Below are positions 20,285-29,135 of a stretch of 46,064 nucleotides of DNA, piece after piece; position 1 is the stretch's first letter; every line of letters starts with the position of its first letter. The position numbers and the translations under genes are program-made. Source of the DNA: an uncultured Hyphomonadaceae bacterium (GTDB lineage Bacteria > Pseudomonadota > Alphaproteobacteria > Caulobacterales > Hyphomonadaceae); NCBI GenBank assembly GCA_913056435.1, contig CAJXMY010000001.1, positions 1-46,064 of the forward strand, read 5' to 3'. The notes under the pieces are model-generated. The model was not told where the DNA came from. It made no database searches and saw only the letters and a list, made by a program, of their open reading frames with translations.

Positions 20285-20974
20285 TCATTCATACAGGCTG
20301 GTCAGCACGTACTCGATCTGCTGGCCTCTGGCGTTGAACAGAAGCTTCACCCACCGTGATTGATCGTCATACCAAAGATCAACATTGAGGTCAGATTTCA
20401 ATCTGTAATGCGTTGTTTCCAGCGCTTCTCCAGCCACAATTATGGTATCCCTTCCCAATCGCTCAACGTCTATATCCAGGAGTTCTCCGGACTCGGTCGA
20501 CAACATCTGATCCCGGTATACCTGAAGCCGGTTCCAATGACTTGAAGGGATAACCGGGACAGGAACCGATCCAGAGAAACCTGTCCCCTCCACCAGCATC
20601 GCATTCCCATCCTTGCGAGCTTGCATGGTGAATCTGTCACCGTTTTTATTGGTTATGCCGGTCACAGAAACCAGTGCGTTGTCCTGCCAGACCTCTTCGG
20701 ACCGGAGCGTGTATTTGTAAACTGTAACAAAGCCGAATTTGACGGAGAGCTCCACATCCGTTGACACAGACAGACGGCCATTATCACCGCGTTCAAACTG
20801 CAGGCTATGGCGACCGAACGGATCGCCTTGACGCAAGACCTCAAAATCGATGCGGGTCCCATCTTTGGGTGACCAGGCTTCCACAACACTTGAACTCACA
20901 AACTGCGCCTGGTCCGCCGCAGACCCCGCAACGTTCATCAAGCATAACGCCAGACAGGTCAGCACCCGCATCAA
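20285..20974 (-). CDS. DUF6134 family secreted beta-rich protein
   Basis: Signal-peptide-like N-terminus; GRHSLQF, PSSHWN, STESGE and DLWYD motifs; coupled to the chrR stop. Confidence 0.75.
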   Translation of the reverse strand: MMRVLTCLALCLMNVAGSAADQAQFVSSSVVEAWSPKDGTRIDFEVLRQGDPFGRHSLQFERGDNGRLSVSTDVELSVKFGFVTVYKYTLRSEEVWQDNALVSVTGITNKNGDRFTMQARKDGNAMLVEGTGFSGSVPVPVIPSSHWNRLQVYRDQMLSTESGELLDIDVERLGRDTIIVAGEALETTHYRLKSDLNVDLWYDDQSRWVKLLFNARGQQIEYVLTSLYE

Positions 20975-21492
20975 CTAAGCCGCCAAAATGGCTTCGGCTC
21001 CCGGGCCACATAGCAGATGCAGACTTCATCACCAGCTGCCGCCGGCCTGTGCGTCATGCCCGGCCAGCCCAAGACCAGATCCCCCCGGTGATTGATGCCC
21101 TGACCATCATCAAAGGCCCCCTGAAGCACAACTGTTGCTTCAAGCACCGAATGGCTGTGGTGCGGCGCAGCCTGACCAGGGTCCAGTCGCATCAGTTGTC
21201 CCCGACCGCGCCCGCGCTTGGCGTAATGTACGCCGGACAGCCCCCTTTTCCACGGGACGGTTTTAAAACCGCCGACACACAATTCGAGGGCCTCAGGAAG
21301 ATGATCTCTCTCGTTCGACTGACGCCGCTCGGAGCTGCCCAGCATCGTGTGCCGAACCTGACGCCAGGTCTCCGTTACCGCTCGGGCTTCTTCTTTCAGA
21401 ACAACGTGCAGCTCTGCCGCTAATGCGAGATCTGCAGACAGAGCCTCATTGACGTGATCCATCAGGAAGCTGTGATATGTGTCTGGAACCAT
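20971..21492 (-). CDS. chrR: ChrR-family protein (degenerate anti-sigma domain plus cupin-like domain)
   Basis: Cupin metal motif HSH...E...H (PHHSHSVLEATVVLQGAFDD...THRP...CIC); the N-terminal domain has HVVLKEEAR where ChrR has HxxxCxxC. Confidence 0.8.
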   Translation of the reverse strand: MVPDTYHSFLMDHVNEALSADLALAAELHVVLKEEARAVTETWRQVRHTMLGSSERRQSNERDHLPEALELCVGGFKTVPWKRGLSGVHYAKRGRGRGQLMRLDPGQAAPHHSHSVLEATVVLQGAFDDGQGINHRGDLVLGWPGMTHRPAAAGDEVCICYVAREPKPFWRLS

Positions 21493-21519
21493 GGTAAGCG
21501 CTCTCCAATATACATTGAG

Positions 21520-21548
21520 AGATACGTTTGCTGATCTGCTCTGGATCA
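21520..21548 (-). promoter_or_regulatory. RpoE (ECF11)-type promoter
   Basis: Minus strand reads TGATCC-agagcagatcagcaaa(16)-CGTATCT, about 27 nt upstream of the chrR ATG; matches the sigmaE-ChrR consensus. Confidence 0.82.
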
Positions 21549-21559
21549 GTGCTCCTCGG

Positions 21560-21588
21560 TTGAATTGACAGGACGGTCATCCTAGCTT
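21560..21588 (+). promoter_or_regulatory. Putative sigma70 promoter of cysK
   Basis: TTGAAT-N17-TAGCTT, with a TGAC-N6-GTCA palindrome in the spacer. Confidence 0.4.
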
Positions 21589-21612
21589 CGGCAAAAGAGC
21601 AGAAAGCAGGCC

Positions 21613-22626
21613 ATGACCATATTCCCCTCCGTGCTCGATTTGATCGGCAACACCCCCTTGCTCCGTCTCAACCGGTTATCTGATTCAACCGGTTGTAACA
21701 TTCTCGGAAAGGCTGAGTTTCTGAATCCCGGGCAGTCGGTCAAAGACCGCCCGGCTCTTGGTATCGTCCGCGATGCGGAAGCCAGTGGCCGCCTGAGACC
21801 TGGCGGCACGATTGTTGAAGGCACGGCAGGAAATACAGGCATTGGGCTCGCCCTCGTCGGTGCGGCTTTGGGATACAAGGTCGTCATTGTGATGCCGCGT
21901 ACACAGTCGAAAGAAAAAAAGGATGCGGTCCGCAATTTGGGCGCACAGCTCATAGAAGTTGATGCCGTTCCCTATGCCAATCCTAATCATTATGCGCGGT
22001 ATTCGGGGCGACTCGCCGAAGATCTCAACGAAACCGAGCCCAACGGAGCGATCTGGGCGAACCAGTTTGATAATGTTGCCAATCGCAGGGCGCACTACGA
22101 AACAACCGGACAAGAAATCTGGGACCAGACCGGTGGAAAGATTGATGGGTTCATCTGTGCTGTAGGCTCCGGTGGCACCCTCGCCGGTGTGGCACAGGCG
22201 CTTAACGAGAAAAGTGACGGGCGGGTCAAAATCGGTCTGGCCGATCCGGGCGGCGCGGCGCTCTATGGCTATTATGCTCATGGCAGCCTCAAATCAGAGG
22301 GCACCTCTATTACCGAAGGGATTGGCCAGAGCCGGATCACCGCAAATCTTGAAGACCTCGAAGTGGATTACCCCTATCGCGTCCACGATTCTGACGCCCT
22401 GCGCCTGATCTACGATCTCATACAGAATGAGGGACTTTGCCTGGGCGGGTCCGCCGGCATTAATATGGTCGGTGCGGAAAAAATGGCTCGAGATTTGGGG
22501 CCGGGTCATACAATTGTGACCATCCTTTGCGACTATGGGAACCGCTATCAGGACAAATTGTTCAATCCCGAATTCCTCCGATCGAAGGACCTGCCCGTGC
22601 CACCATGGATGGAGATCGCCTCATGA
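21613..22626 (+). CDS. cysK: Cysteine synthase (O-acetylserine sulfhydrylase)
   Basis: NPGQSVKDR (PLP lysine), EGTAGNTG, GSGGT and EGIG motifs. Confidence 0.95.
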   Translation: MTIFPSVLDLIGNTPLLRLNRLSDSTGCNILGKAEFLNPGQSVKDRPALGIVRDAEASGRLRPGGTIVEGTAGNTGIGLALVGAALGYKVVIVMPRTQSKEKKDAVRNLGAQLIEVDAVPYANPNHYARYSGRLAEDLNETEPNGAIWANQFDNVANRRAHYETTGQEIWDQTGGKIDGFICAVGSGGTLAGVAQALNEKSDGRVKIGLADPGGAALYGYYAHGSLKSEGTSITEGIGQSRITANLEDLEVDYPYRVHDSDALRLIYDLIQNEGLCLGGSAGINMVGAEKMARDLGPGHTIVTILCDYGNRYQDKLFNPEFLRSKDLPVPPWMEIAS

Positions 22627-23465
22627 GCCAGGCCTCACCCCTTGTCTCCGCAGATTGGCTGAGAACCAATATCTCTGCCCCCGACATCCGGATTGTTGAT
22701 GCGACCTGGGAACTGCCCTTTCTCGTTGCCCGTCAATCGGGGCGCACGCAGTATGACAGCGGTCATATTCCAGGCGCTGTTTTCTTCGATATTGACGACG
22801 TCGCCGACCAGGAAAGTCCCTTTCCGCACATGCTTCCGGATGCGGTTCAATTTTCTTCGAAGGTCCGCAAGCTCGGACTTGGCGATGGAAATCACATCGT
22901 TATTTATGACAGCAATAACTTCTTCGCTTCGGCAAGGGTATGGTGGATGTTCAGAGCCATGGGACATCGGGATGTTTCCGTTCTGAATGGCGGCTATAAA
23001 GCCTGGCTCAGCGCCGGGGGCGAAATTGAAGACCTACCGCCAAGGGTGTCTGAACGCCACTACACAGCGCGCCAGCGAGCAGACCTCATACGCAGCAAGG
23101 ATCAGGTCCTGGCGGCCAGCCGCAACGCCCGCGAAGTGATCCTCGATGCTCGGTCTCCCGGGCGATTTGCGGGCACCGAGCCAGAGCCCCGCGAAGGTTT
23201 ACCATCGGGACATATTCCCGGCAGCGTTTGTGTTCCGGCAAGCAGCCTGATTGACGCGAGCGGACGTATGGAGTCGCCAGAAGCACTGAGCCGGCTGCTG
23301 GCCGATTTTCTGGATCAACCGGTCATCGCCACCTGTGGCTCAGGTGTTTCAGCCGCGATCATCGCACTTGCTCTGGCCCATCTAGGTCATTGGGAAACCG
23401 CGATTTATGATGGGTCTTGGACCGAGTGGGCCTCCGATCCAGACAGTCCGATAGCCCGACAATGA
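22623..23465 (+). CDS. sseA: 3-mercaptopyruvate sulfurtransferase (tandem rhodanese)
   Basis: GHIPGA, CGSGVSA active-site loop and YDGSWTEW; ATGA overlap with cysK. Confidence 0.93.
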   Translation: MSQASPLVSADWLRTNISAPDIRIVDATWELPFLVARQSGRTQYDSGHIPGAVFFDIDDVADQESPFPHMLPDAVQFSSKVRKLGLGDGNHIVIYDSNNFFASARVWWMFRAMGHRDVSVLNGGYKAWLSAGGEIEDLPPRVSERHYTARQRADLIRSKDQVLAASRNAREVILDARSPGRFAGTEPEPREGLPSGHIPGSVCVPASSLIDASGRMESPEALSRLLADFLDQPVIATCGSGVSAAIIALALAHLGHWETAIYDGSWTEWASDPDSPIARQ

Positions 23466-24619
23466 AATCAGATACCCGTCTGCAGCATACCAAGGTTTCG
23501 CACAGGGCACACCAGACGGTGAACCCTCCGGTGGAAAAAGGCTCTTCCTTGTTGGTGAAAACCCGGGCCGAGCTCTACGGAACAGGAACCGTTTATGGAC
23601 GGATGGGTTTGGGCGTTCAGCGTGAATTGGAAGCCGCACTTCGGACCCTCGAGAATGGCACTCATGCTCAGCTGACCGCCAACGGCCTGCAGGCCTGCGC
23701 CCTTGCTGTCGCATCAATCGCCCGTTCTGGCGACCATATCTTGATCGCCGATAACCTTTATGGTCCCAACCGGCGCTTCTGCACCCGCAGACTTTCGGCC
23801 ATGGGCATCACCGCGTCACGGTTCCCACCTAACCTAACACCTGACGCACTGGAACGCATGATCAAACCGGAAACACGGGCGATTGTTCTGGAATCTCCGG
23901 GGTCTCTCAGCTTTGAAATCACAGATACGCCGGCTGTTGTGAAGATGGCCGAGCGGTTTCAGATTACAACAATCCTGGACAATACATGGAGCGCCGGCGT
24001 TTTTCATCGACCGCTGGAGCTAGGTGTGGACCTGACCGTTCAGTCGCTGTCCAAATACGCCATTGGGCATGCCGACGCCATGGGGGGTGTGGTTGTTACA
24101 CGAAGCGAGACCTTGGCGAAGAAATTGCAGGCCTGTGCAAATGACTGGGGACTTGGTCTTTCCGCGGACGATGCCTACCTCGCTCTTCGGGGGCTGCGGA
24201 CCCTGCATAATCGCCTGCGTCAGCACGAGCGAAGTGGTCTCCAAATCGCCGATTGGCTGGCCAATCGACCGGAAATTGACTCTGTCCTGCATCCTGCCCG
24301 CTCCGACCATCCGCAACACCATCTCTGGAAACGCGATTTTACGGGCGCCTGCGGCTTGTTTGGCGCCATCTTACGCCCAGTGTCCGACGTCCAGCTGGAT
24401 CGGTTTCTTGAGGCCCTGAAATTGTTCCGGATGGGCTTTTCGTGGGGGGGCTATGAAAGTCTTCTCATCCCCTCGGATGGTCAGCTTAAGCGCCTCAAAG
24501 AAGATCCAATCCTTCAAAAAGCGGGCCCCCTTCTGCGCCTACATGTGGGACTCGAAGATGTGGACGATCTTATGGCTGACCTCGGTGGCGCCTTCGATGT
24601 CATGGCTGCGAACGCCTAG
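23462..24619 (+). CDS. metC: Cystathionine beta-lyase
   Basis: VNPPV, YGR, ESPGS, DNTWS, SLSKY (PLP lysine), GFSWGGYESL and RLHVGLE; ATGA overlap with sseA. Confidence 0.92.
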   Translation: MKSDTRLQHTKVSHRAHQTVNPPVEKGSSLLVKTRAELYGTGTVYGRMGLGVQRELEAALRTLENGTHAQLTANGLQACALAVASIARSGDHILIADNLYGPNRRFCTRRLSAMGITASRFPPNLTPDALERMIKPETRAIVLESPGSLSFEITDTPAVVKMAERFQITTILDNTWSAGVFHRPLELGVDLTVQSLSKYAIGHADAMGGVVVTRSETLAKKLQACANDWGLGLSADDAYLALRGLRTLHNRLRQHERSGLQIADWLANRPEIDSVLHPARSDHPQHHLWKRDFTGACGLFGAILRPVSDVQLDRFLEALKLFRMGFSWGGYESLLIPSDGQLKRLKEDPILQKAGPLLRLHVGLEDVDDLMADLGGAFDVMAANA

Positions 24620-25665
24620 GCCCCTTCGGCGGCTTTCGCCAAACGCTTCTGGGCCATCCGGTCGGCGACCTGGCTTGTCGGCAAGCCTGATGAGATCGCC
24701 TCGTCCATCACCCGGCCAAGCGTTTCGACCATGGTGTCGATTTTATTGTAGACCCAATCGAGCGAATAAGATCCCAGAATTTCTGCTGCCACGTTGATGA
24801 TTCCGCCCCCATTGATGACATAATCCGGCGCATACAAGATCCCGGCATCGCGCACCCGTGCACCCATCTCTGGATCACTCAATTGGTTGTTCGCGCCGCC
24901 GGCAATCACCTTTGCCCTGAGACGCGGCAGGGTCGACTCATTAATGATGGCCCCGAGTGCATTGGGGGAAAAGATATCGGCATCGACATCATAGATTTCA
25001 TCCGGAGCGACGATGGTGGCGCCATCCCGTGCTGACACCTCTTCCAATGCCCGACCGTCAATATCACTGATGATCAAGCGCGCGCCCGCCTCGGCCAGAT
25101 GCTGGCACACATAACCACCGACCGAGCCCACGCCCTGAACCGCGACTGTACGGTTTGAGAGGTCATCTGTGCCAAAGGCTCGCATCGCAGCTTCCCGCAG
25201 CCCAAGAAAAACGCCCCGCGCGGTCAAAGGAGACGGATCTCCGCTAGCAGAAGCGCCATTGGTCAGTCCGGCAGCGTAGCCTGTCTGGCGGGCGGCAATC
25301 TGGATGTCTGCCGTATCGATCCCAACATCTTCCGCCGTAAAATAACGGCCCTGAAGACTTTCAACCGCGCGCCCCAACGCCTCAAACATCGCTTCAGACT
25401 TATCCCGCCTGGAGTTCCCCCAAATGACGGCTTTTCCGCCCCCGAACGGGATACCGGCCATGGCATTTTTGTAACTCATACCTCTGGACAAACGAAGCGC
25501 ATCATTGAGCATCTCAGCCCCCGAAGCGTAATTCCACATTCGGGTTCCTCCGGCAGACGGCCCCAGAACGGTCGAATGGATTGCAATCAGGCAACGTAGC
25601 CCGCTTTTGGCATCAAAGAATTGATGGACATCTTCATGCTGGTCGAAGGATGGGTGGTCAAACAT
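24616..25665 (-). CDS. Leu/Phe/Val dehydrogenase
   Basis: GGTR, GMSYKNA, GGGK, TAEDVG, GDPSPLTARG, GVGSVG and ANNQL motifs. Confidence 0.94.
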   Translation of the reverse strand: MFDHPSFDQHEDVHQFFDAKSGLRCLIAIHSTVLGPSAGGTRMWNYASGAEMLNDALRLSRGMSYKNAMAGIPFGGGKAVIWGNSRRDKSEAMFEALGRAVESLQGRYFTAEDVGIDTADIQIAARQTGYAAGLTNGASASGDPSPLTARGVFLGLREAAMRAFGTDDLSNRTVAVQGVGSVGGYVCQHLAEAGARLIISDIDGRALEEVSARDGATIVAPDEIYDVDADIFSPNALGAIINESTLPRLRAKVIAGGANNQLSDPEMGARVRDAGILYAPDYVINGGGIINVAAEILGSYSLDWVYNKIDTMVETLGRVMDEAISSGLPTSQVADRMAQKRLAKAAEGA

Positions 25666-25752
25666 ACCAAGTGACTCCTCGGCGCCTAACGCGCTCGTTT
25701 ACCGGGACCTGAATGAGCGTCAACACATCCTTCCGTGTAGGACAATAAGACC

Positions 25753-26346
25753 TCAACTCTGTCGCACCGCATCCTGCACTCGCTGTTTCAACTCCGGCAA
25801 AACCTCTCGCTCAAACCATGGATTTTTCCTGAGCCAGGCTGTATTCCGCCAACTCGGATGCGGCAGGGGGATTATACCCCGCTTCAGAAAGAGACGCCAG
25901 TTCCGGACCGTTTCGGTCATAGACGCGGGCTTTCCAGCGCGAAGATGCCAAGCCTGTGCATAATGCCCTACCAAAAGGGTCAATTCGATCCTCGATAATT
26001 CTTTGAGGATTCGGGCCCGCCACGTATCGGCGCATATTCGCATTGGCGGACGATCAGCCCCAAACCGATCATACCCAGGGAAACAAAACCCCATGGGCAC
26101 GATCGCTATGAGATCCGGATCATAAAATGAGTGTGGATCCATTCCAAGCCAGTCACGCAAACGTTTCCCAGATGGGTCCGTGAAGGGACGACCTGAACAG
26201 CTGGCCAGATTTCCCGGAGCCTGACTGGCCAGCAAAATTCGAGCTTTTGAACTCACCTGGAAAACCGGATGCGGGGGTCGAGCCATCTGGTCCGCACAAA
26301 GCCGACAGTCGCGAATTTGCTGAGACAGAAGCGAAAGACTAGACAT
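25753..26346 (-). CDS. Uracil-DNA glycosylase superfamily protein
   Basis: CRLC, SQAPG, MGFCFPG and PHPSWRN motifs. Confidence 0.9.
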   Translation of the reverse strand: MSSLSLLSQQIRDCRLCADQMARPPHPVFQVSSKARILLASQAPGNLASCSGRPFTDPSGKRLRDWLGMDPHSFYDPDLIAIVPMGFCFPGYDRFGADRPPMRICADTWRARILKELSRIELTLLVGHYAQAWHLRAGKPASMTETVRNWRLFLKRGIIPLPHPSWRNTAWLRKNPWFEREVLPELKQRVQDAVRQS

Positions 26347-26391
26347 GGACCCTCAGGGTCCGTTTTCTAGTCGAACCCGGAGCAAGAGGCC

Positions 26392-27294
26392 ATGTCAAAA
26401 ACGCGCAGTTTCCATCTGATTCAACCTCAGGCAAAGGATCTGGGGGAAGGCTTCATCGTCAGACGCGCTTTGCCGGCGCCCAAAACAAGAATGGTGGGCC
26501 CTTTCATCTTTTTTGATCACTTCGGACCGGTGGAGCACCGTCCCGGTCAGGGATTGGATGTCCGGCCTCATCCCCATATAGGCTTGTCCACGGTCACATA
26601 TCTCTTTGAAGGCGCCATCCAGCACAGAGACATGCTCGGTCATGATTTGGTGATCCGCCCCGGCGCTGTGAACTGGATGACCGCTGGGCGTGGCATCTGT
26701 CACTCCGAGCGCACTCCCGATACGGAGAGACGAACAGGTCAAACCCTACACGGAATTCAGTCCTGGGTCGCATTGCCAAAATCGTTTGCAGAAGCTGCGC
26801 CGGATTTCAGTCACCATGCCGCGGAGACTCTACCCAGCTTCGATGTCGGCAGGACACATTTAACCCTGCTGGCCGGGCAAGGTTTCGGTCGCGTCTCCCC
26901 TGTTCAGTTCCCTTGGCCAATCTGGTACCTCACCGGTAGCGCTGGCGATGATACCAATCTACTCGTCACCGCTGATGAAGCGGAAGAACGCGCTGTCTAC
27001 CTTGTCTCCGGGCAGGGAATGCTGGATGGCACACCGCTGCAGGCCTCAGACATGGCAGTCCTCGCTGTCGGTCAGGACGCGGAAATCTCATTTGCCGCCG
27101 GGTCCAGATTCATGCTGCTCGGCGGCAAGGCCATTGATGGCTCCAGGCGGATTGATTGGAACTTCGTAGCAAAAGATCCCGCGCGCATCGCCAAGGCAAA
27201 AGCAGACTGGGAGAGCTCCATCCAAGGCGGCTGGCAAAATACACCTTTCCGCCTGCCTCCCGGAGAAGTGGAGTACATCCCCTTGCCGGATTAG
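26392..27294 (+). CDS. Pirin family protein
   Basis: GPFIFFDH, PHPHIGLSTVTY, WMTAGRGICHSE and WNFV motifs. Confidence 0.95.
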   Translation: MSKTRSFHLIQPQAKDLGEGFIVRRALPAPKTRMVGPFIFFDHFGPVEHRPGQGLDVRPHPHIGLSTVTYLFEGAIQHRDMLGHDLVIRPGAVNWMTAGRGICHSERTPDTERRTGQTLHGIQSWVALPKSFAEAAPDFSHHAAETLPSFDVGRTHLTLLAGQGFGRVSPVQFPWPIWYLTGSAGDDTNLLVTADEAEERAVYLVSGQGMLDGTPLQASDMAVLAVGQDAEISFAAGSRFMLLGGKAIDGSRRIDWNFVAKDPARIAKAKADWESSIQGGWQNTPFRLPPGEVEYIPLPD

Positions 27295-27378
27295 GGTCCC
27301 GCCTCCCATTCGCGGCACCTGTTGTCGTGGCAGGCCTCATGTGCCAGACCGCTCTGAGACTGCTTAATGGAGTTCACT

Positions 27379-29133
27379 ATGCGCAAATGTCTGACCCTAC
27401 TGATCGCCTGCACCTTTGCCATGGCCTGCGACCACAGACCAGAATCCCTCTCGCCGAGCCCTGCAGCCGAAACCAATGCGGCACCCTTCACAGACTTGCC
27501 CCACCCCCTGCCAATGAGCACCAGTCCCGGCCTCACAGAAACGGACCTTCGTACCCGGATCCGCATTCTCGCCGATGACGCTTTTCAGGGACGAGCCCCG
27601 GGCACGGAGATTGGCGAGCGGACAGCTGACTGGATCGCAGCAGAGCTAGAGCGGATTGGCGTGACCCCCGCCGGGTCCCATGATGACTGGTACCAGACAG
27701 TATCCATGACGGAACAAACCCTTGATCCTGTTGCCTCAGAGTTTCGTATTTCAACTGGCCCCATGCTGGAGGGTGAACCCCTTTCGCTGGGTGAGGACCT
27801 TGTGATGTGGACAAAGCAGCAGGGCTCCAGCGAGCTTCAATTAACCGAGTCAGAGCTGGTCTTTGTTGGTTATGGGATCGTTGCGCCGGAATATGATTGG
27901 GATGACTATGCCGGTCTCGACGTGACCGGAAAAACAGTGGTCATGCTTGTAAATGATCCGGGATATGCGCGGGGGGATAACCTCTTCAAGGGACGCGCGA
28001 TGACCTATTATGGCCGCTGGACCTACAAATATGAAGAAGCCACCCGCCAAGGTGCTGCGGGCGCTCTGATCATCCACGAAACCGCCCCAGCCGCTTATGG
28101 CTGGAACGTTGTCGAAAATTCATGGAGCGGTCCCCAGGCCTCCCTTATTCTGGAGGACGAAGGATCCCACAGGCCGATCGTTGAAGGTTGGCTCAGTTAT
28201 AACGCCGCTGAGGAGCTGTTCGCGACAGCTGGTCTGGATCTGGAGCGGCTGAAAGAAGCCGCTGCACGACCTGGGTTCAGGCCTGTCGACATGGGGGAAT
28301 TGACCGCCTCAGCCAATTTGGTCCAAGACATCGCGATTAAATCATCACGCAATGTTCTTGGCCAACTCATCGGATCCCAAAGGCCGGACGAGTACGTTCT
28401 TGTCACAGCCCACTGGGACCATTTAGGCAAGAAAACGGCTCAGAGGACAGGCGGGAGAACCGAAGACTTCTATCGAGACCAGATCTATAATGGGGCTGTG
28501 GACAATGCGACCGGTACCTCGGCCTTGCTGGAAATTGCAGAAGCACTGGCCGCCACCCCTCTAGAACGCAGTGTCTTATTTCTTGCACCCACACTGGAAG
28601 AATCGGGTCTTCTCGGATCCGCCTATTACGCCGAGCATCCAACCATTCCCTTAACGAGCATCGTGGCGGGTCTGAATATCGATGGCCTGATCCCATTGGG
28701 GCCGACACATGATATGGTGGTGGTGGGCTATGGCAGTTCCGAATTAGAGGAGATTCTGGAGGACGTTCTCTCCCAAAAAGGACGCCATATTGTTCCCGAT
28801 CAAAAACCAGAGGCCGGTTACTTCTATCGCTCAGACCATATTTCCCTCGCCAAAAAGGGAGTCCCCATGCTCTATCCAGACAATGGTATTGATGCACGGG
28901 ATGGCGGTGTGGCTGCGGGCGATGCAGCAACGCTCGCCTATCGGGCGCAAGCCTATCACAAGCCGATGGACGAATATGATGATGACTGGGATCTCAGTGG
29001 CATGATCGAGGACATCTCCGCCATGCATGACGTCGTCCGGCATTTGGCCATGACCGATGCCTGGCCAACCTGGTACCCCGGCAACGAATTCGAGGCGGTG
29101 AGACAAAATTCTCTCGCAGATGCCAGGCGTTAG
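27379..29133 (+). CDS. M28 family metallopeptidase with PA domain (lipoprotein)
   Basis: Lipobox-like FAMAC; TYYGRWTYKYEEA, AHWDH, GAVDNATG, EESGLLGS, RSDH and YH motifs. Confidence 0.92.
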   Translation: MRKCLTLLIACTFAMACDHRPESLSPSPAAETNAAPFTDLPHPLPMSTSPGLTETDLRTRIRILADDAFQGRAPGTEIGERTADWIAAELERIGVTPAGSHDDWYQTVSMTEQTLDPVASEFRISTGPMLEGEPLSLGEDLVMWTKQQGSSELQLTESELVFVGYGIVAPEYDWDDYAGLDVTGKTVVMLVNDPGYARGDNLFKGRAMTYYGRWTYKYEEATRQGAAGALIIHETAPAAYGWNVVENSWSGPQASLILEDEGSHRPIVEGWLSYNAAEELFATAGLDLERLKEAAARPGFRPVDMGELTASANLVQDIAIKSSRNVLGQLIGSQRPDEYVLVTAHWDHLGKKTAQRTGGRTEDFYRDQIYNGAVDNATGTSALLEIAEALAATPLERSVLFLAPTLEESGLLGSAYYAEHPTIPLTSIVAGLNIDGLIPLGPTHDMVVVGYGSSELEEILEDVLSQKGRHIVPDQKPEAGYFYRSDHISLAKKGVPMLYPDNGIDARDGGVAAGDAATLAYRAQAYHKPMDEYDDDWDLSGMIEDISAMHDVVRHLAMTDAWPTWYPGNEFEAVRQNSLADARR

Positions 29134-29135
29134 AA

